From Paramoeba atlantica (lineage: Eukaryota; Protista; Discosea), in the NCBI GenBank assembly GCA_977017575.1, contig CDRNVI010000026.1, positions 124,001-188,000 on the forward strand: a DNA stretch of 64,000 bases, written 5' to 3'. Position 1 is the first letter of the stretch. Each line of letters begins with the position of its first letter. A program made the translations under genes and the position numbers. Shown here one piece after another: positions 11,869-23,011 of this stretch. The notes beneath the pieces are model-generated. The model saw nothing but the letters and a program-made list of their open reading frames with translations. It had not been told where the DNA came from and searched no databases.

Positions 11869-13100
11869 CAGGGTTCGCAGAAACTATAAAACTATCAATA
11901 TAGTACTATATAGTTACTATAAACTTTTTTCGAAAACTATAAAAAACTATATTTTTTTGTTTCACATTTTAGGCACTCCGAAGCTCACCAACACGCCATA
12001 AATACACGGCGAGTTCATTTGTGTACGATTTTTCTTATTTTTAAACCCGAAAATTGATGCCCGAAATTAAAGTTACGAGGGGTAGTTTCTGCAAAGATTA
12101 TTTTATTGAACTGCTGCACACGGAGGGAAGTAAACAAGCGGTTGAATGTAACTTGTGTCAGGAGGGGACGTACCCCAGTCCCATCGCGTGGCCTTGACAG
12201 ATTGCCTTGTGCGAATCTTGCGTCCCGAACATCTTCTCACTGCATCGCTGTCGCCGCGCTTTGGCTGGAGCCACCGACGTTATGTCTTGGGACTGAATAA
12301 CTGCTGCTCACAATTCCATGAGTTTGAATAAATACAATCATATGAGTCTGAATAAAGTACGCGGTGTGTTGTCGAGTGGAGACAGTTTCTGTACCTTGTT
12401 GTTAATCCTTTCTTTCCCCGGCAACGGGCATACTCTTACTGTATTTTCATGCCCGTTGCCGGCCGGCACTAAGGTCGGAACTGTCCCTCTTGTCGCTGAA
12501 GCAGGGGACGCGCTTTCACCCCTTCACCCCTCCCCGACTCACTCCCCTGGAGTGAGTGTGCTTCCCCCTCTCGGCTTTTTTCGACTTGTCTTTTTCCTCT
12601 CCGAGAGGGCCATGCGTCACGGTGGCCTCCCTTGAGGACCACTAGGCGTGTCCTCCGCCGACGAGACTCGGTTCTCTGCACCTGGGGGTCGCCCAGCTCT
12701 CTGCACCTCGGCTCTGTCGCAGCTCTCTGCACCCGGATTGCCCCCGAAACTGTAATATGGGGATTACGCATCCGGCTCTCTGCACCTGGGACGCCAGCTC
12801 TCCGCACCCGCACACCTCCGGCGAGGACGAAACCTCACATGATCCACCCGTCGTATGCGGGATAAGGACATGGTGAGTAAATCTCTGCACTATAAGTGCA
12901 TGATAAAACAATTGTACTTCCTATCGTCACTCCTTTCGCATGCGTTTCATTGCTATTTCCGAGGAGATGACACACTAGTTGATGATATTTTTCGGCGGTG
13001 ATGGAATCGCGGGGAAGAGGGAGGATGTTTCGATAGCTATGTAACCCAGGATAAAGTGGACGAGGGAGGTTCTAAAAGCACCTTTAAACCACCACAAAAA
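11869..13100 (+). mobile_element. Truncated copy of the non-autonomous hAT element (full copy at 34880-35956)
   Basis: Starts CAGGGTTCGCAGAAACTATA and is colinear with 34880-35585, apart from the 529-bp insertion at 12383-12911. Confidence 0.85.
12383..12911 (+). mobile_element. 529-bp insertion beginning with an SL-like sequence (putative retroposed trans-spliced RNA)
   Basis: Absent from the paralogous site near 35393. Begins (A)CAGTTTCTGTACCTTGTTG and ends GATAAAACAA. Contains a 14-bp hairpin at 12418-12462 and several GCTCTCTGCACC repeats. Confidence 0.75.
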
Positions 13101-13103
13101 TTT

Positions 13104-13744
13104 GTTTGTAAGTCAAGGACTTTTGCATAAGTCAAGGACTTTTGTGGAACACCAAAGATTTTTTTTGATTTTCATTTTCCATGCGCCAAGCAAGCCCGGT
13201 CCGTGAGCTAGCTTATGAGTATACAGTATATAATAGTAGCGTAGCTCGCAAAGTAGTTTTTGGCAATATACTTTTTGAAGAATCTGCATGCCTGCACAAG
13301 GGGTGACCCTCGTAAAATGGGCGAAAACGGCGAAAAACGACCATTTTTCACGAAATTGCCCAAAAATGGTCATTTTTTGCGATTTTCAAGGGGTTACTCC
13401 TTATATGAAAACCGCTCATTCAAAGTTTTGTGAGTACACACGAACAGCTTAAGACCTAAAGAAGGCCTTATGTGATTCCTTTTCAACATTACGCACAGTA
13501 CAGAGATATCGTAAGGTCAACATCGCCGAAAAAAGTATTTTTTTGGCAAAATGTCATGCACATTGTTGCCTCCAAATATTCTCCCCAGGACCCAAACCAG
13601 GGGGTAATTCGGTAGTATAATGACAGATCTGTATGATGGTGCTATACATGAGTCGCAATGGACCAACTCATATAAAGGGGGTCCCTGCTAAAAATTGACT
13701 TCCGCAAAAGTCCTTGACTTATGCAAAAGTCCTTTACTTTGACC
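13104..13744. mobile_element. ~640-bp non-autonomous TIR element, copy 2 (inverted)
   Basis: Reverse complement of 8513-9154. Confidence 0.8.
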
Positions 13745-13745
13745 G

Positions 13746-13900
13746 TTTACGCGTCTAGAGGCAAGGCCCAAGTGTGAGCGAAGCCCACTTCTACGAGCAA
13801 GGCCCCAGTTTGCGAGCAAGGCCCAACTGTGAGCGAAGCCCACTTCTGGAAGCATAAGCCCCCGTTTGCGAGCAAGGCCCAACTGTGAGCGTAGCCCTGG
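13746..13900. repeat. Degenerate minisatellite (AAGGCCC...GCGAGC units, ~18-19 bp)
   Basis: About 7 alternating units. The lead-in TTTACG(C/T)GTCTAGAGGCAAGGCCCAA is repeated at ~13994. Confidence 0.65.
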
Positions 13901-14029
13901 GACAAAATTATATTTTTTGGCGCGCTGGAGCGCGCGGGTCGCGAACTGAGAACCTATGTCTGCCGCTTCCGCAGGAGTGGCTGTATGACTTACTTTACGT
14001 GTCTAGAGGCAAGGCCCAACTGTCAGTGA

Positions 14030-14300
14030 ATGAAGCATCCTGAAATATGCATGTCTCGTGAACCGTGTCATGAATCTCAAATAAGTGGATCAACTTGACT
14101 ATCGTTATGCGACTCAAAGTACATTCGCGCGCCACTTCCTGCAGAGACAGGCCTTGAATCACACCATACAAAACTTTGAGTGTATCCTTAATGCTTCTTT
14201 TCGTTTTGAAGTTAAACAAGGGTTCCATTGCACTGTAGCGCTCTCTGCATTCTACTGAATCCATATAAGGATAGAAATCCACGCCGAGGGGCTCCCTGGA
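14030..14300 (-). pseudogene. Second Merlin/ISXO2-like transposase fragment (HTH region)
   Basis: EPLFNFKTKRSIKDTLKVLYGVIQGLSLQEVARECTLSRITI resembles the 8120-8338 fragment (EPLLT...IFKVLYGI). Confidence 0.35.
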
Positions 14301-14998
14301 AACATGTACATGAAAACATACATGTATATGAATAAACAAACATATATAAATAAACAAGTATGAATAATCCAATCTTACTCTCAAATTGTACCAAAACATA
14401 TCGTAGATAATTCACACGCACAAACACAGATAAAAGGAAACACGCCTGCATAGAACAAAAACAATCAATGTCACGTTGTTAACGGGGTTCCCCCCCACCG
14501 GAACCCTCGGCCAACCTGCCCACACACACGTCACACAATCAAATATAAATGACAAAAGAAATGCCCATTCACATAGTAAGATTGCTTCAAACTTCCCAGA
14601 ACTCATAAAAGGATAACGATAGCAATAGATGACCAGTCCACTGCCACGCCCTCTACAAGCTCACACGAGCTAAACAGGTTACGCTTTCAACCTCTGCCCA
14701 TGCACCAACTTGGGACCTAGAAGTGTGGAGCAACTAGGCGTGGTGTACGGCCGTGTCAACAGTGACGCGGCTAAAAAACATTAAGGCGCTAATCGTAGAG
14801 TAAAGGAAACCTTTACTCATCTTTACCTCACATTGGGGAACCTTGCTTCCGAAAAGGAAACAAGGCGTGAGAATAAAGCCTGTTAACATCCATAACCTTC
14901 CAAAATTATAGGGACAACCTCCATACCCCAGGACCCCGTCAGCTTTTTTCTTTTTCTTTTTTTCTTGTCTTTTTTTTTGTATTTGGTGATCCTGTCCC

Positions 14999-15463
14999 CT
15001 AGGGTTTTTCCTCAAAATGACTGTCTACCTTACCACTGTGATTATGATTAATGTATTTCTCGATCGTTCCTCTATATCTCTCCACCTTCTCCTTCTCAAC
15101 CTCCTTCCCACGACTGACAACATCCGCCGGGTTCTCATCCGTGGATATGTACGCTGCCTTCACGCAAATACCTTTCTCCTCTGTCAGTCGCAGGACTTCG
15201 CGCAATTCCATCGAAACCCCCTCTGACTTGGAGATCCTCCTGTTCAGTGCAGCCTGACAGGAGGTGTTATCAACAAAAACATCCAAGCAGGTTCCACGGG
15301 GGCAATGCGCGGAAAACTTCTCGAGGGCTAAGCGGACTGCTGCAGCTTCCGCACGATTCACCTCATACGAGGAGGACTCAGGCCACGCCTCTCCCGTAAT
15401 CAAAACCTCTCCGCTGTCTAAATACATAATCGCTCCCCATCCTTTCACCGAGGCATCGGTGTA
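14999..15463 (-). pseudogene. RNase H of the TATE-like element
   Basis: YTDASVKGWGA...VNRAEAAA...FVDNTS...ISTDENPADVVSR. Confidence 0.9.
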
Positions 15464-18134
15464 CAACCCCGTTCCAGTGGTTTTGGGACTATCCCCACAT
15501 TCATGTATATGAGAGAAAGGGCAAAAGAACGGTGTATTCGTGCAGATCTAGTTGAGGGTATCACCGGAAAAATGCTTGTAGACAAAACAAATATATAATA
15601 TTACCTTAAAAAGTACCCTGAAAAGTCAAAATTCCCTTTAAAAAATGAACTTTTCTGAGTATAATTTTTAGCAATGGTCTAAAAATATCATAAGACAAAG
15701 GTGTTTTAATATCGAATTTTATGTCCATCGGCAGCAATACACATTTCTAAACGTTTTTTAAATGTGTTATGCAACTTCTTGGCCGTCGCCCTACCCTCAA
15801 GAGAGAGAAAATAACTTTGAGACACTCTTTTTATCCCAGACGTGCGAGGAAACGTCTGGTTCTTTGCATGCCGAATTCTTGCCCAAAAGTTTTCAATGGG
15901 ATTTAGATCCGGGGAGTCTGCGGGCCACCGGAAAGGATTTACGTCCTCTACGCCAGACATGTACCGCAAACATTGTGCGTAATGTCCGGAAGCAACATGC
16001 CTTTTCCACCACAGCTGTGTCTTCTTACTCGTATGCGGCGAGGCTCCATCATCCATGTAAACCGCGGTGGGGTTTACCTCACAGTATCGAACCCACTCTG
16101 CATCAAGAATTTCGCGACGATAATATAGGCTCCCGAGTTTTAGTTGATCAGGAAGCGTTTCACGCTTTTCCCCAGGCTGCACAGGGCGGCTTATCTCGTT
16201 CGCATAAAAGGACGCGAAATTGTCACACCAGTGAAATATAAAATTGCCTTGATTGTCGATACCTCCCCATATCATGACCTTAATGGGGTGAAAGTCTCTG
16301 TTACGCGCAACTCGATCATATCGACTTTGCCAGGTAGACGTGGAAGAATCCCCTTCACAGACGAATGTCTCATCAGTAAAGACGAGTTTCTCAAAGAACT
16401 GGCCTTCAGTTCGTTCATTTTCTTGTAGCATCGCCTTACAAAAATTAACGCGGGCCTCCCGCTTGCGAGCAGTGAGATGCAAAGTTCGTTTTTTTGATCC
16501 ATAAGAATAGTCATAATAGTAAAGTAACGCACGCATTCTGTGGCGCGAAACCTGGATAGACCCCTCGCTTTGTTTTTCCATAGCCCTGCGTAGATAATTG
16601 AGGGAACGATGTACTGGATTCTCGGCCATAACGCGGGCAAAAAGTTTCTTCGCCTCGTCGGCGCTGCCCCACTCTGATATAGTTCGACGCACTGTCTCAA
16701 TTTTTTGGAGGCGCAGCGTGACATTTATAGATTGACCGTCAATTTTTCTAATCAAGCGACTGCACGTTTGCTTCGGCAAGATAAACATATAGCAAAGATC
16801 CGCTTGACAGAACAAACCTGTTTGATATAAACCTTTCAAAAGAAACAACCCAGATTCAGTTAAACTGCCAGGCTGTTTGAAAAGAACAGTTAGATAGCGT
16901 TTTCTTTCATTTTTCTTTTTCATCGGACGACCTCTTTTCTTTCCAACGCTTCGCTCTTTTTTTTCAAGCAGTGATGCGCGACGGAACTCGCTTACTATTT
17001 TAAGTGTTTTCTGCCGCTCGCACATTAAGTGATTGAAACGTTTTTTCAGGTCCTGACACTCTGTGCGAGCGCTTGCGTTGTCCCTTTTTAATGTTTCCAC
17101 TTTGATCTCCATTTCTGTTTTCCGCTTTTCGGTCTCCAAAAAGTCTTCCTTCTGCTTACTTCCACGCTTTTCAAGAGTCTTCACTTTGCGTTTAGTCTTG
17201 CAAAGTTTGTTGCGCAGCCTCTTGATAACTGCATCCTTGGCACTGATTTTTTTCTCCAAAGATTTTAATTGATCATCTCTTGGATCTGGAATTAACTGAT
17301 TGGTTGGTTGTTTGGAATCTGGTTCTTCCATTTCAGGGGGTAAACTATCAGAGAAGGTGTTGTCAACAGCTGGGTGGGATATATCGGAGCGAACGTCCTT
17401 AATATCACGTATCGCTTCCAACAGCTTGGCATCAAATCCTGGAGACAACGATCCACTTCTTTGAAAACGGTCTGGTGAAAAAGATGGAATGCGAGAGCGG
17501 GTCGAAGAGCAAACACGGCGTGCAGGAGAAAGTAAGAGAGGGGAAAGTGGGAGAGGGGAGGAAACGTTACTTTCGCTAGCAGAAGAATACGAAGATTCCG
17601 AAGAAGAATACGAAGATTCCGAAGAAGAAGAAGAATACGAAGATTCCGAGCCACTGGAAGTTGAGTAGCTGGATGAACTAGACAATACACGTACGTCGTC
17701 GTGCGGCGAATCATATCCTAGAGAAGCACACGAACCATTCGACGAAAAAGAAGACGATTCTTGTGATTCAGAGAAATCTGAGTCCATTTCATCTGATGGG
17801 TTCCAATCAGAATCATTTTCATCCGAAAGAGTGACCCCGCTCGACAGCTCTTCGCTATCGCTAGAATTCATATGTCGTTAAAGGAAAAAGATCGGGAGTA
17901 ATGTTAAAAACTGGTTAAATTTTCTCAATAATTCTTACGAAAACTCTAAAAGTCACATTAAATGCACAAAAAAGAGGATAAAATACAAATAATTAAAATA
18001 TTAGTCTTTTGCGCCTTTCGACACTATTTTTGCGGTCTTCTCTGTAGTAATGTGAGGAAGCCTGAAAAAAAATTATCAAAAAACAAGACGCGTAGCTCTC
18101 TAAAGGTTAGTCCCATTTTTGATGAACGGGGTTG
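15464..18134 (-). mobile_element. Tc1/IS630-superfamily transposon (2671 bp) with TA TSD
   Basis: TA-CAACCCCGTTC...TGGGACTA(T/A)CC imperfect ~31-bp TIRs at both ends. It is inserted in the TAC codon of the host LYTDAS motif. Confidence 0.93.
15706..17871 (-). CDS. 721-aa Tc1-like transposase, DD51E, with a long acidic/Ser-rich and coiled-coil N-terminal extension
   Basis: FTDET, YMDDGASPH and WPADSPDLNPIENFW motifs, with 51 residues counted between the second D and E. The ORF is uninterrupted. Confidence 0.92.
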   Translation of the reverse strand: MNSSDSEELSSGVTLSDENDSDWNPSDEMDSDFSESQESSSFSSNGSCASLGYDSPHDDVRVLSSSSSYSTSSGSESSYSSSSSESSYSSSESSYSSASESNVSSPLPLSPLLLSPARRVCSSTRSRIPSFSPDRFQRSGSLSPGFDAKLLEAIRDIKDVRSDISHPAVDNTFSDSLPPEMEEPDSKQPTNQLIPDPRDDQLKSLEKKISAKDAVIKRLRNKLCKTKRKVKTLEKRGSKQKEDFLETEKRKTEMEIKVETLKRDNASARTECQDLKKRFNHLMCERQKTLKIVSEFRRASLLEKKERSVGKKRGRPMKKKNERKRYLTVLFKQPGSLTESGLFLLKGLYQTGLFCQADLCYMFILPKQTCSRLIRKIDGQSINVTLRLQKIETVRRTISEWGSADEAKKLFARVMAENPVHRSLNYLRRAMEKQSEGSIQVSRHRMRALLYYYDYSYGSKKRTLHLTARKREARVNFCKAMLQENERTEGQFFEKLVFTDETFVCEGDSSTSTWQSRYDRVARNRDFHPIKVMIWGGIDNQGNFIFHWCDNFASFYANEISRPVQPGEKRETLPDQLKLGSLYYRREILDAEWVRYCEVNPTAVYMDDGASPHTSKKTQLWWKRHVASGHYAQCLRYMSGVEDVNPFRWPADSPDLNPIENFWARIRHAKNQTFPRTSGIKRVSQSYFLSLEGRATAKKLHNTFKKRLEMCIAADGHKIRY

Positions 18135-19060
18135 TAGAGACGATGCTTGTGTGGAACAACATCGGGATGGGGAGGTGGAGACCGTGGAACATTTTCCAGC
18201 AACTCGTTTCTCCACTCTGCTAGCATGGAGCGAGTGACGACAGGGAGTGCGACCGGACGGTCACATAACTTCGGGCAACGGTTCAACAAGTTGATACGCC
18301 GTTGCGCCACCTTCAAAGCGAAATAAAATCGCGGCATATTGAGTCGGAGAACTGCGGAGCCATAAATGAGGCTCCCCACCACCGCCTCTAGGTCAACAAA
18401 GGAAATGTTGAAGAAAGAGTCGGCTCGCAGTTTCCTGATCACTCGCGGTCCCAGGCAGACCGTATGCGCGTTATGGTCGAACGCCACCCCATTAAACACG
18501 TACTGTGCTACAGGGGGCTGACCCTGATCTTTAAAAAGACCGTTCGCCTTGTCGCAACGCTCGTCGATGAACTGAGCGTACGTGGTGGCCTCGGAGTTGG
18601 TTCCTGCAAACCGAACTCCGTCAACATAAACGTCGATAGCGCCTCGGTGAAACGAGTAGCGCTGAGAACAAATCGACGCCTCGCCAGCAATCGCGGCGGT
18701 AACAGTGTGCATAACCTCCGGTGCACACCTATGGCCCATCGGGAGGACGTTCATCTCATACACGTCTCCACTGTTCGTTCTAAGGCGGAATTTGGGCCGC
18801 GCCCTCTTTGGGATACCAATCTGGTAAAACCCCCACGTGAAGTCCCGCTTCACAGCCATCGGCTCGTGCGCCGTATTTGGAGGGATGATATAATGGGACC
18901 TTTGGTTCATATGCTTTAAGTCTGTCATTGTCGTCCCGTGTCCACGAAATAAACCTTCTGCGCTGATTGCCCTCATCATCGGTCTCCACAGCCGTGAAGG
19001 GAATCATGAACTGCATCGATGGGCGCTTTCTCAACTCCTGCACCTTATCTATGACGTCTC
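18135..19060 (-). pseudogene. Reverse transcriptase of the TATE-like element
   Basis: ORFs 18780-19043 and 18107-18979 are joined by a frameshift. The N-terminus is lost at a deletion junction near 19055. Confidence 0.85.
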
Positions 19061-19562
19061 AGCTTCTTTAGAAGAAGTGGCGTGATTGGTAGCATCTGCC
19101 GCGTGGGTTCTAGCCCCCCTGCGCCTGCAGGGCCTTTACGTAGAGACTCAATGGGGTACCTTCGATTCCCATGAGCTCGAACAGAGTCCTCAATGCCCCT
19201 GCGTATCCCATGCGCGTCGAGGTAGCGAGAGGCAGAGTCTCCAGGAAGAGCACCGCGTTTGCAGGATTTGCGGTGATTCCCTTCGCCTGGCAATACTCGC
19301 GCAGGCGGAACCACAATCGCTCCCTTGTGGCCCACGTGGCCACCGCCCACATGGGCTGGAGCGCCTCGTTCATCTGGGTTGCACGTGGGTCCTCGGGGGG
19401 CATTTGAAGAATGGCCCCCAGTAACTCTTGGCGGCGTTTCCCGGGCGGTTGTATGGCGGCGGCTGTATGGCGGCGGTTACGGCGGGAACGGGGGTTCGGG
19501 GGAGAAGACGAGCCGGGAGGGAGACACTGCGGCGACGGAGGCGCATTGGCGAGGACTGGCAC
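19050..19562 (-). pseudogene. N-terminal (core-binding) part of the TATE-like tyrosine recombinase; catalytic domain deleted
   Basis: TWATRERLWFRLREYC...TRMGYAGALRTL...ALQAQGG, then (frameshift) LEPTRQMLPIT, then a direct jump to RT sequence. Confidence 0.7.
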
Positions 19563-19696
19563 GGAGGAGTATTGCCACGCACGCGTGGCCGTCTTTCTCG
19601 TTGGCGGAGGAGCCGGGAGGGAGCGGGGGTAGGAATATCCACCCGTCGTCGCCTGGGACGACGGGCACGAGAAGTAACTGGGGTGGGGAGCATTTC

Positions 19697-21068
19697 CTAG
19701 TGGAAAGCCCGCGATGCGCCGTAACGGTTGGCGCCGCCCACCACCCCGCCGCGAAAATCCTGTTGCGGGGCGCGTTGGGTACGGAACTGCCCCCCCTGCT
19801 GTTGGGACGCTTGGGGGCAGTTCGATCCAAAACAGAAAGGTCCCTGGCTGCGTCGACGAGGAGCACGCTGCGCAGTCCGGCCCCTCAGTTGCTCGTCGAC
19901 CACAAGCTGACCGTAACGGTCCTGAGGGTCGTCGTCACGGTGCAACCGCTGTTGCACACGTTCGACAGCAACGCCCGCCGCAGCCCAATAATGGTTGCGA
20001 AGCTCTTCGATGATGAGAAGGGCTACGGCGAGGTTGTGCTTCTCGAGCCAAACCTCCGTATTGCGCGCAGCGTATACCCATTCAGTCAACATCTTGAACA
20101 GGCGCTCACGCTGCGGCGGAGGGTTGAAGCGTACCCCAAGCTGCGGAGCTTCGCGCAGCTCACGAATGAGTTCACGTGGCTTGAACAAATCATCCGTGTC
20201 GATCCACGGTTGCCAAGTAAGTAGGGGGAGAAGCTTTTCGGGTCCGTAACACGGACGCGTTCAAACGTGGGGATCAGATCTTCAACTGGTTTCCCACCCG
20301 GCATCTGCGCCCGAACATGGGCCAGTTCCAAGGAGTGGTAATTGATATCGGGATGGGGAAAACGGTAGGCTGTATTCGCGTCCCCATCCCATTCTGTAAA
20401 CAACTCAGTTGATTCCGGGTCATTAGGATGCGTCATATGCACCCGCCCTATATAGCCGTCTGCCGTAGGCCATCTCGGGGAAGAGACCATACAGCTTCGA
20501 CGGTGACCTCATAGCGTTTGCGCAGAAGGTCAATCACTTTCATGACAAACTCTTCCTTGCCTTGGCTGGTCATGATTCCTCGGGCATCAAGGCGTGAACG
20601 CTGAGGCACCTCGACGTGGTCAATGTCGAGGGCATCGTATCGACGAGGTGAACGGGAAGCCTCAACCTGGTCAGGGTTAAGGGTTCCCTTGCGACGTATC
20701 GGGACTTCCGGAGCATCGAGTGGAATGGGATAAGGGCTATTAAAGGAGCTTGCAGGAAGACTGGGGAGATTACTCAGGAGCGGGCTCGGCGGTTCGCGGG
20801 CGGGCCTCAACGCTCTACCAGATGGACGTACCTTCCGCCGCGCCGGGCCTGGGGTACGGGGAATCTGAGTAGGTTTCGCGGTTACCTGCAGAGCTGCCTG
20901 CGTGGGGAGAGGGGGAAGAGGGGGGCGAACGGGAGGGCACGACAGGGATTGGCGCTTAGAACGAGCAAAGGAAGAGGTCTCAATCGGTGTCGGTGCCCGG
21001 TCTCGTTTTGGGGAGCGATCACGGTCCTGGCTCGACTCCTGTGGAGCCCGCAAACGTTGGGATCTCAT
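19697..21068 (-). pseudogene. gag-like ORF1 of the TATE-like element (frameshifted)
   Basis: Consecutive minus-strand ORFs 20448-21104, 20086-20490 and 19697-20188 upstream of the YR. ATG at 21068 follows a pyrimidine-rich leader. Confidence 0.55.
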
Positions 21069-21144
21069 CGTATCACAAAAGCTTAAACGTAGTAGAAACA
21101 ACAACCTAACAAGGATATATAAGAAATAGTAAAATATCCATGCA

Positions 21145-22058
21145 ATTGCGGTGGTTGTAAAACTACCGCTCTACACTCGATTATTGAAAAAAAAGTGAAC
21201 AAAAACAGTGAAAATATAAAGAGGAACACAGTAATATAATAGAAGAAAAAAATATAAAAGGGGGCTCCGGTGGTCCAAAACTGAAAAAAAAATTTGAAAA
21301 AAATGGGGGGTCCATGAGGGGGGTCCAGGGGGGGGGTCCAGGGGGGGGGTCCAGGGGGGGGGGGGCATGGTCGAGCAAATTTTTTCGAAAAAATTAGTTT
21401 TCGAAAAAAAAACGCAGAAAGGGTAGCCGGGGTCTTGGCGCGCATTTTCCATCCCCCTACCCGGGGGTGACCCCCCCGCGTATCCGCAGGACGGGTCCGC
21501 CAAGTTGGGATTTTTTCGGAAAAAAATTTTTGAAAAAAATTTCAACTTGGCGAAAAAAATGACAAAAAAAATATTTTTCCAAAATCGTTTCCCCTATTGT
21601 ATTTTGATAGTTTGGGACCTACACTAGCTTTCTACGCAGTTGTTTTCGCAAGGTATCACTTCTTCGAACTGTGGTGCGCCCCCCAAAATGACCCATTTTT
21701 GACTAAAAAAGGTGAAAAAGTATTTTTCGGACCTAAAGGAGCATTTTTGTGTCGAAAGAATGGTATGGTTGGAGTCGCATTCTCTACCCAATACGTTCGG
21801 TAGGCTTTCATTCATGCCTGCGAGTGATTTCCCATGCGCAAATGTCGGATTTAGTGCTCTGAGAGCAAAAATATGCTAAAATGACCCCATTTGTACCCGA
21901 AATTCGGCTATTTTTCGCTATAATCTTTCCGTTTTCCAGGCTAAATTTTCTTTTTTAGGCTCTTCGTTAAACGCGGTGGTGGTTTTCAACTCGGAGAGCG
22001 TAGCATGAGTGACTTCTAAGTTGAAAACAACCACCGCGTTTAACGAAGAGCCTAAAAA
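21145..22058. repeat. ~900-bp interspersed repeat, copy 2
   Basis: Direct copy of 9844-10730 with an expanded GGGGGGTCCA tract at ~21310-21365. Confidence 0.85.
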
Positions 22059-22274
22059 AGAAATTATAGAACACAAATCATAATTTGAAGAAATTATGTG
22101 CCCCGAAGGGCCAGCAGGCAAATACATAACAGCCCCTCGGCTAAATTTCAAAACGTGGACTATTAGTACCAGTATTCACCTTCATGCACACACATAATTT
22201 CTTTCGTGTCATGGTGCTTTATCTTATGGCACCACACTCGTTGTGCACCCAATTTGTGAGTGCTTCGGAACAGC

Positions 22275-22863
22275 ACATTCACATGCATAAAATTTTAGGC
22301 ACGGATTTCAACTTTTTCTAAAAGTTGGTGCGGGGTGCTATGGAAGCTCACCTTTGCTCCCGGTGAGGCCCGGTGGAAGTATAGGAATATTGCATAAGTA
22401 TAGGAATATTGCATAAGTATAGGAATATTGCATAAGTATAGGAATATTGCATAGCCGTCTAATCATGTCACAAAATACTGTGAATTGGTTTAGTATAGGT
22501 TTAGTTTTTGGGTATCACACTTTCACGTGACTCAGTGGCCCGGCCGGCCCCTCCGTGCGTTCGGTCTCTCATTTCCCCCAAAACAAATACCATCTTCCCC
22601 CCCTATTTAGCGGGGGACCACTCGCACACTGATAATGCATAAAACTCGCACACTGATAATGCATAAAACTCGCACACTGATAATGCATATTGGCACACTG
22701 ATAATGCATATTGATAATGCATATGTGAATGTGCTAATATGCATCTGAATGTGCTATATGCATTATCAATGTGCTATATGCAATATCAATGTGCTATATG
22801 CATTATCAGTGTGCTATATGCATTATCAATGTGCCGCTTAGTATGCATTATCAATGTGCGGGC
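22275..22863. mobile_element. Composite fold-back-family remnant (core module plus mini fold-back 22617-22863)
   Basis: The core resembles 59260-59480. Left-arm GCACACTGATAATGCATA units face right-arm TATGCATTATCA(A/G)TGTGC units. Confidence 0.7.
22377..22452. repeat. 19-bp tandem repeat x4 (AAGTATAGGAATATTGCAT)
   Basis: Four perfect units preceded by GGTGG. Same family as the TIR units at 8513, 9567, 11095 and 11577. Confidence 0.9.
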
Positions 22864-23011
22864 GCCTTCTGGACCTCTTTGCGAAAATCATTTCGCCAAG
22901 TCGGATCTCCGTAGAAGTTTACTGGGAGCGCCCGGGCGGGAGCCACCCCCCTAAGTAAGAACTAAGTAAGAAACTAAGTAAGACTAGAAAGAAAACTACA
23001 ACGCCGAAAAA

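Larger units (their letters stand above)
14420..21110 (-). mobile_element. Degenerate TATE-like tyrosine-recombinase retroelement, internally deleted and interrupted by a Tc1-like transposon
   Basis: gag-like frames at 21068-19697, YR N-terminal domain at 19560-19050, RT at 19060-18135 (RRRFISW, KRDFTWGFYQI, LPMGHRCAPEV, DVYVDGVRFAG), RNase H at 15463-14999. Ends are approximate. Confidence 0.82.

Noticed and set aside
22950-22990. (CTAAGTAAGAA)n as the 3' tail of another retroposon next to the 7SL terminator
   Set aside because: Plausible, but I found no TSD or homologous body, so it is not supportable.
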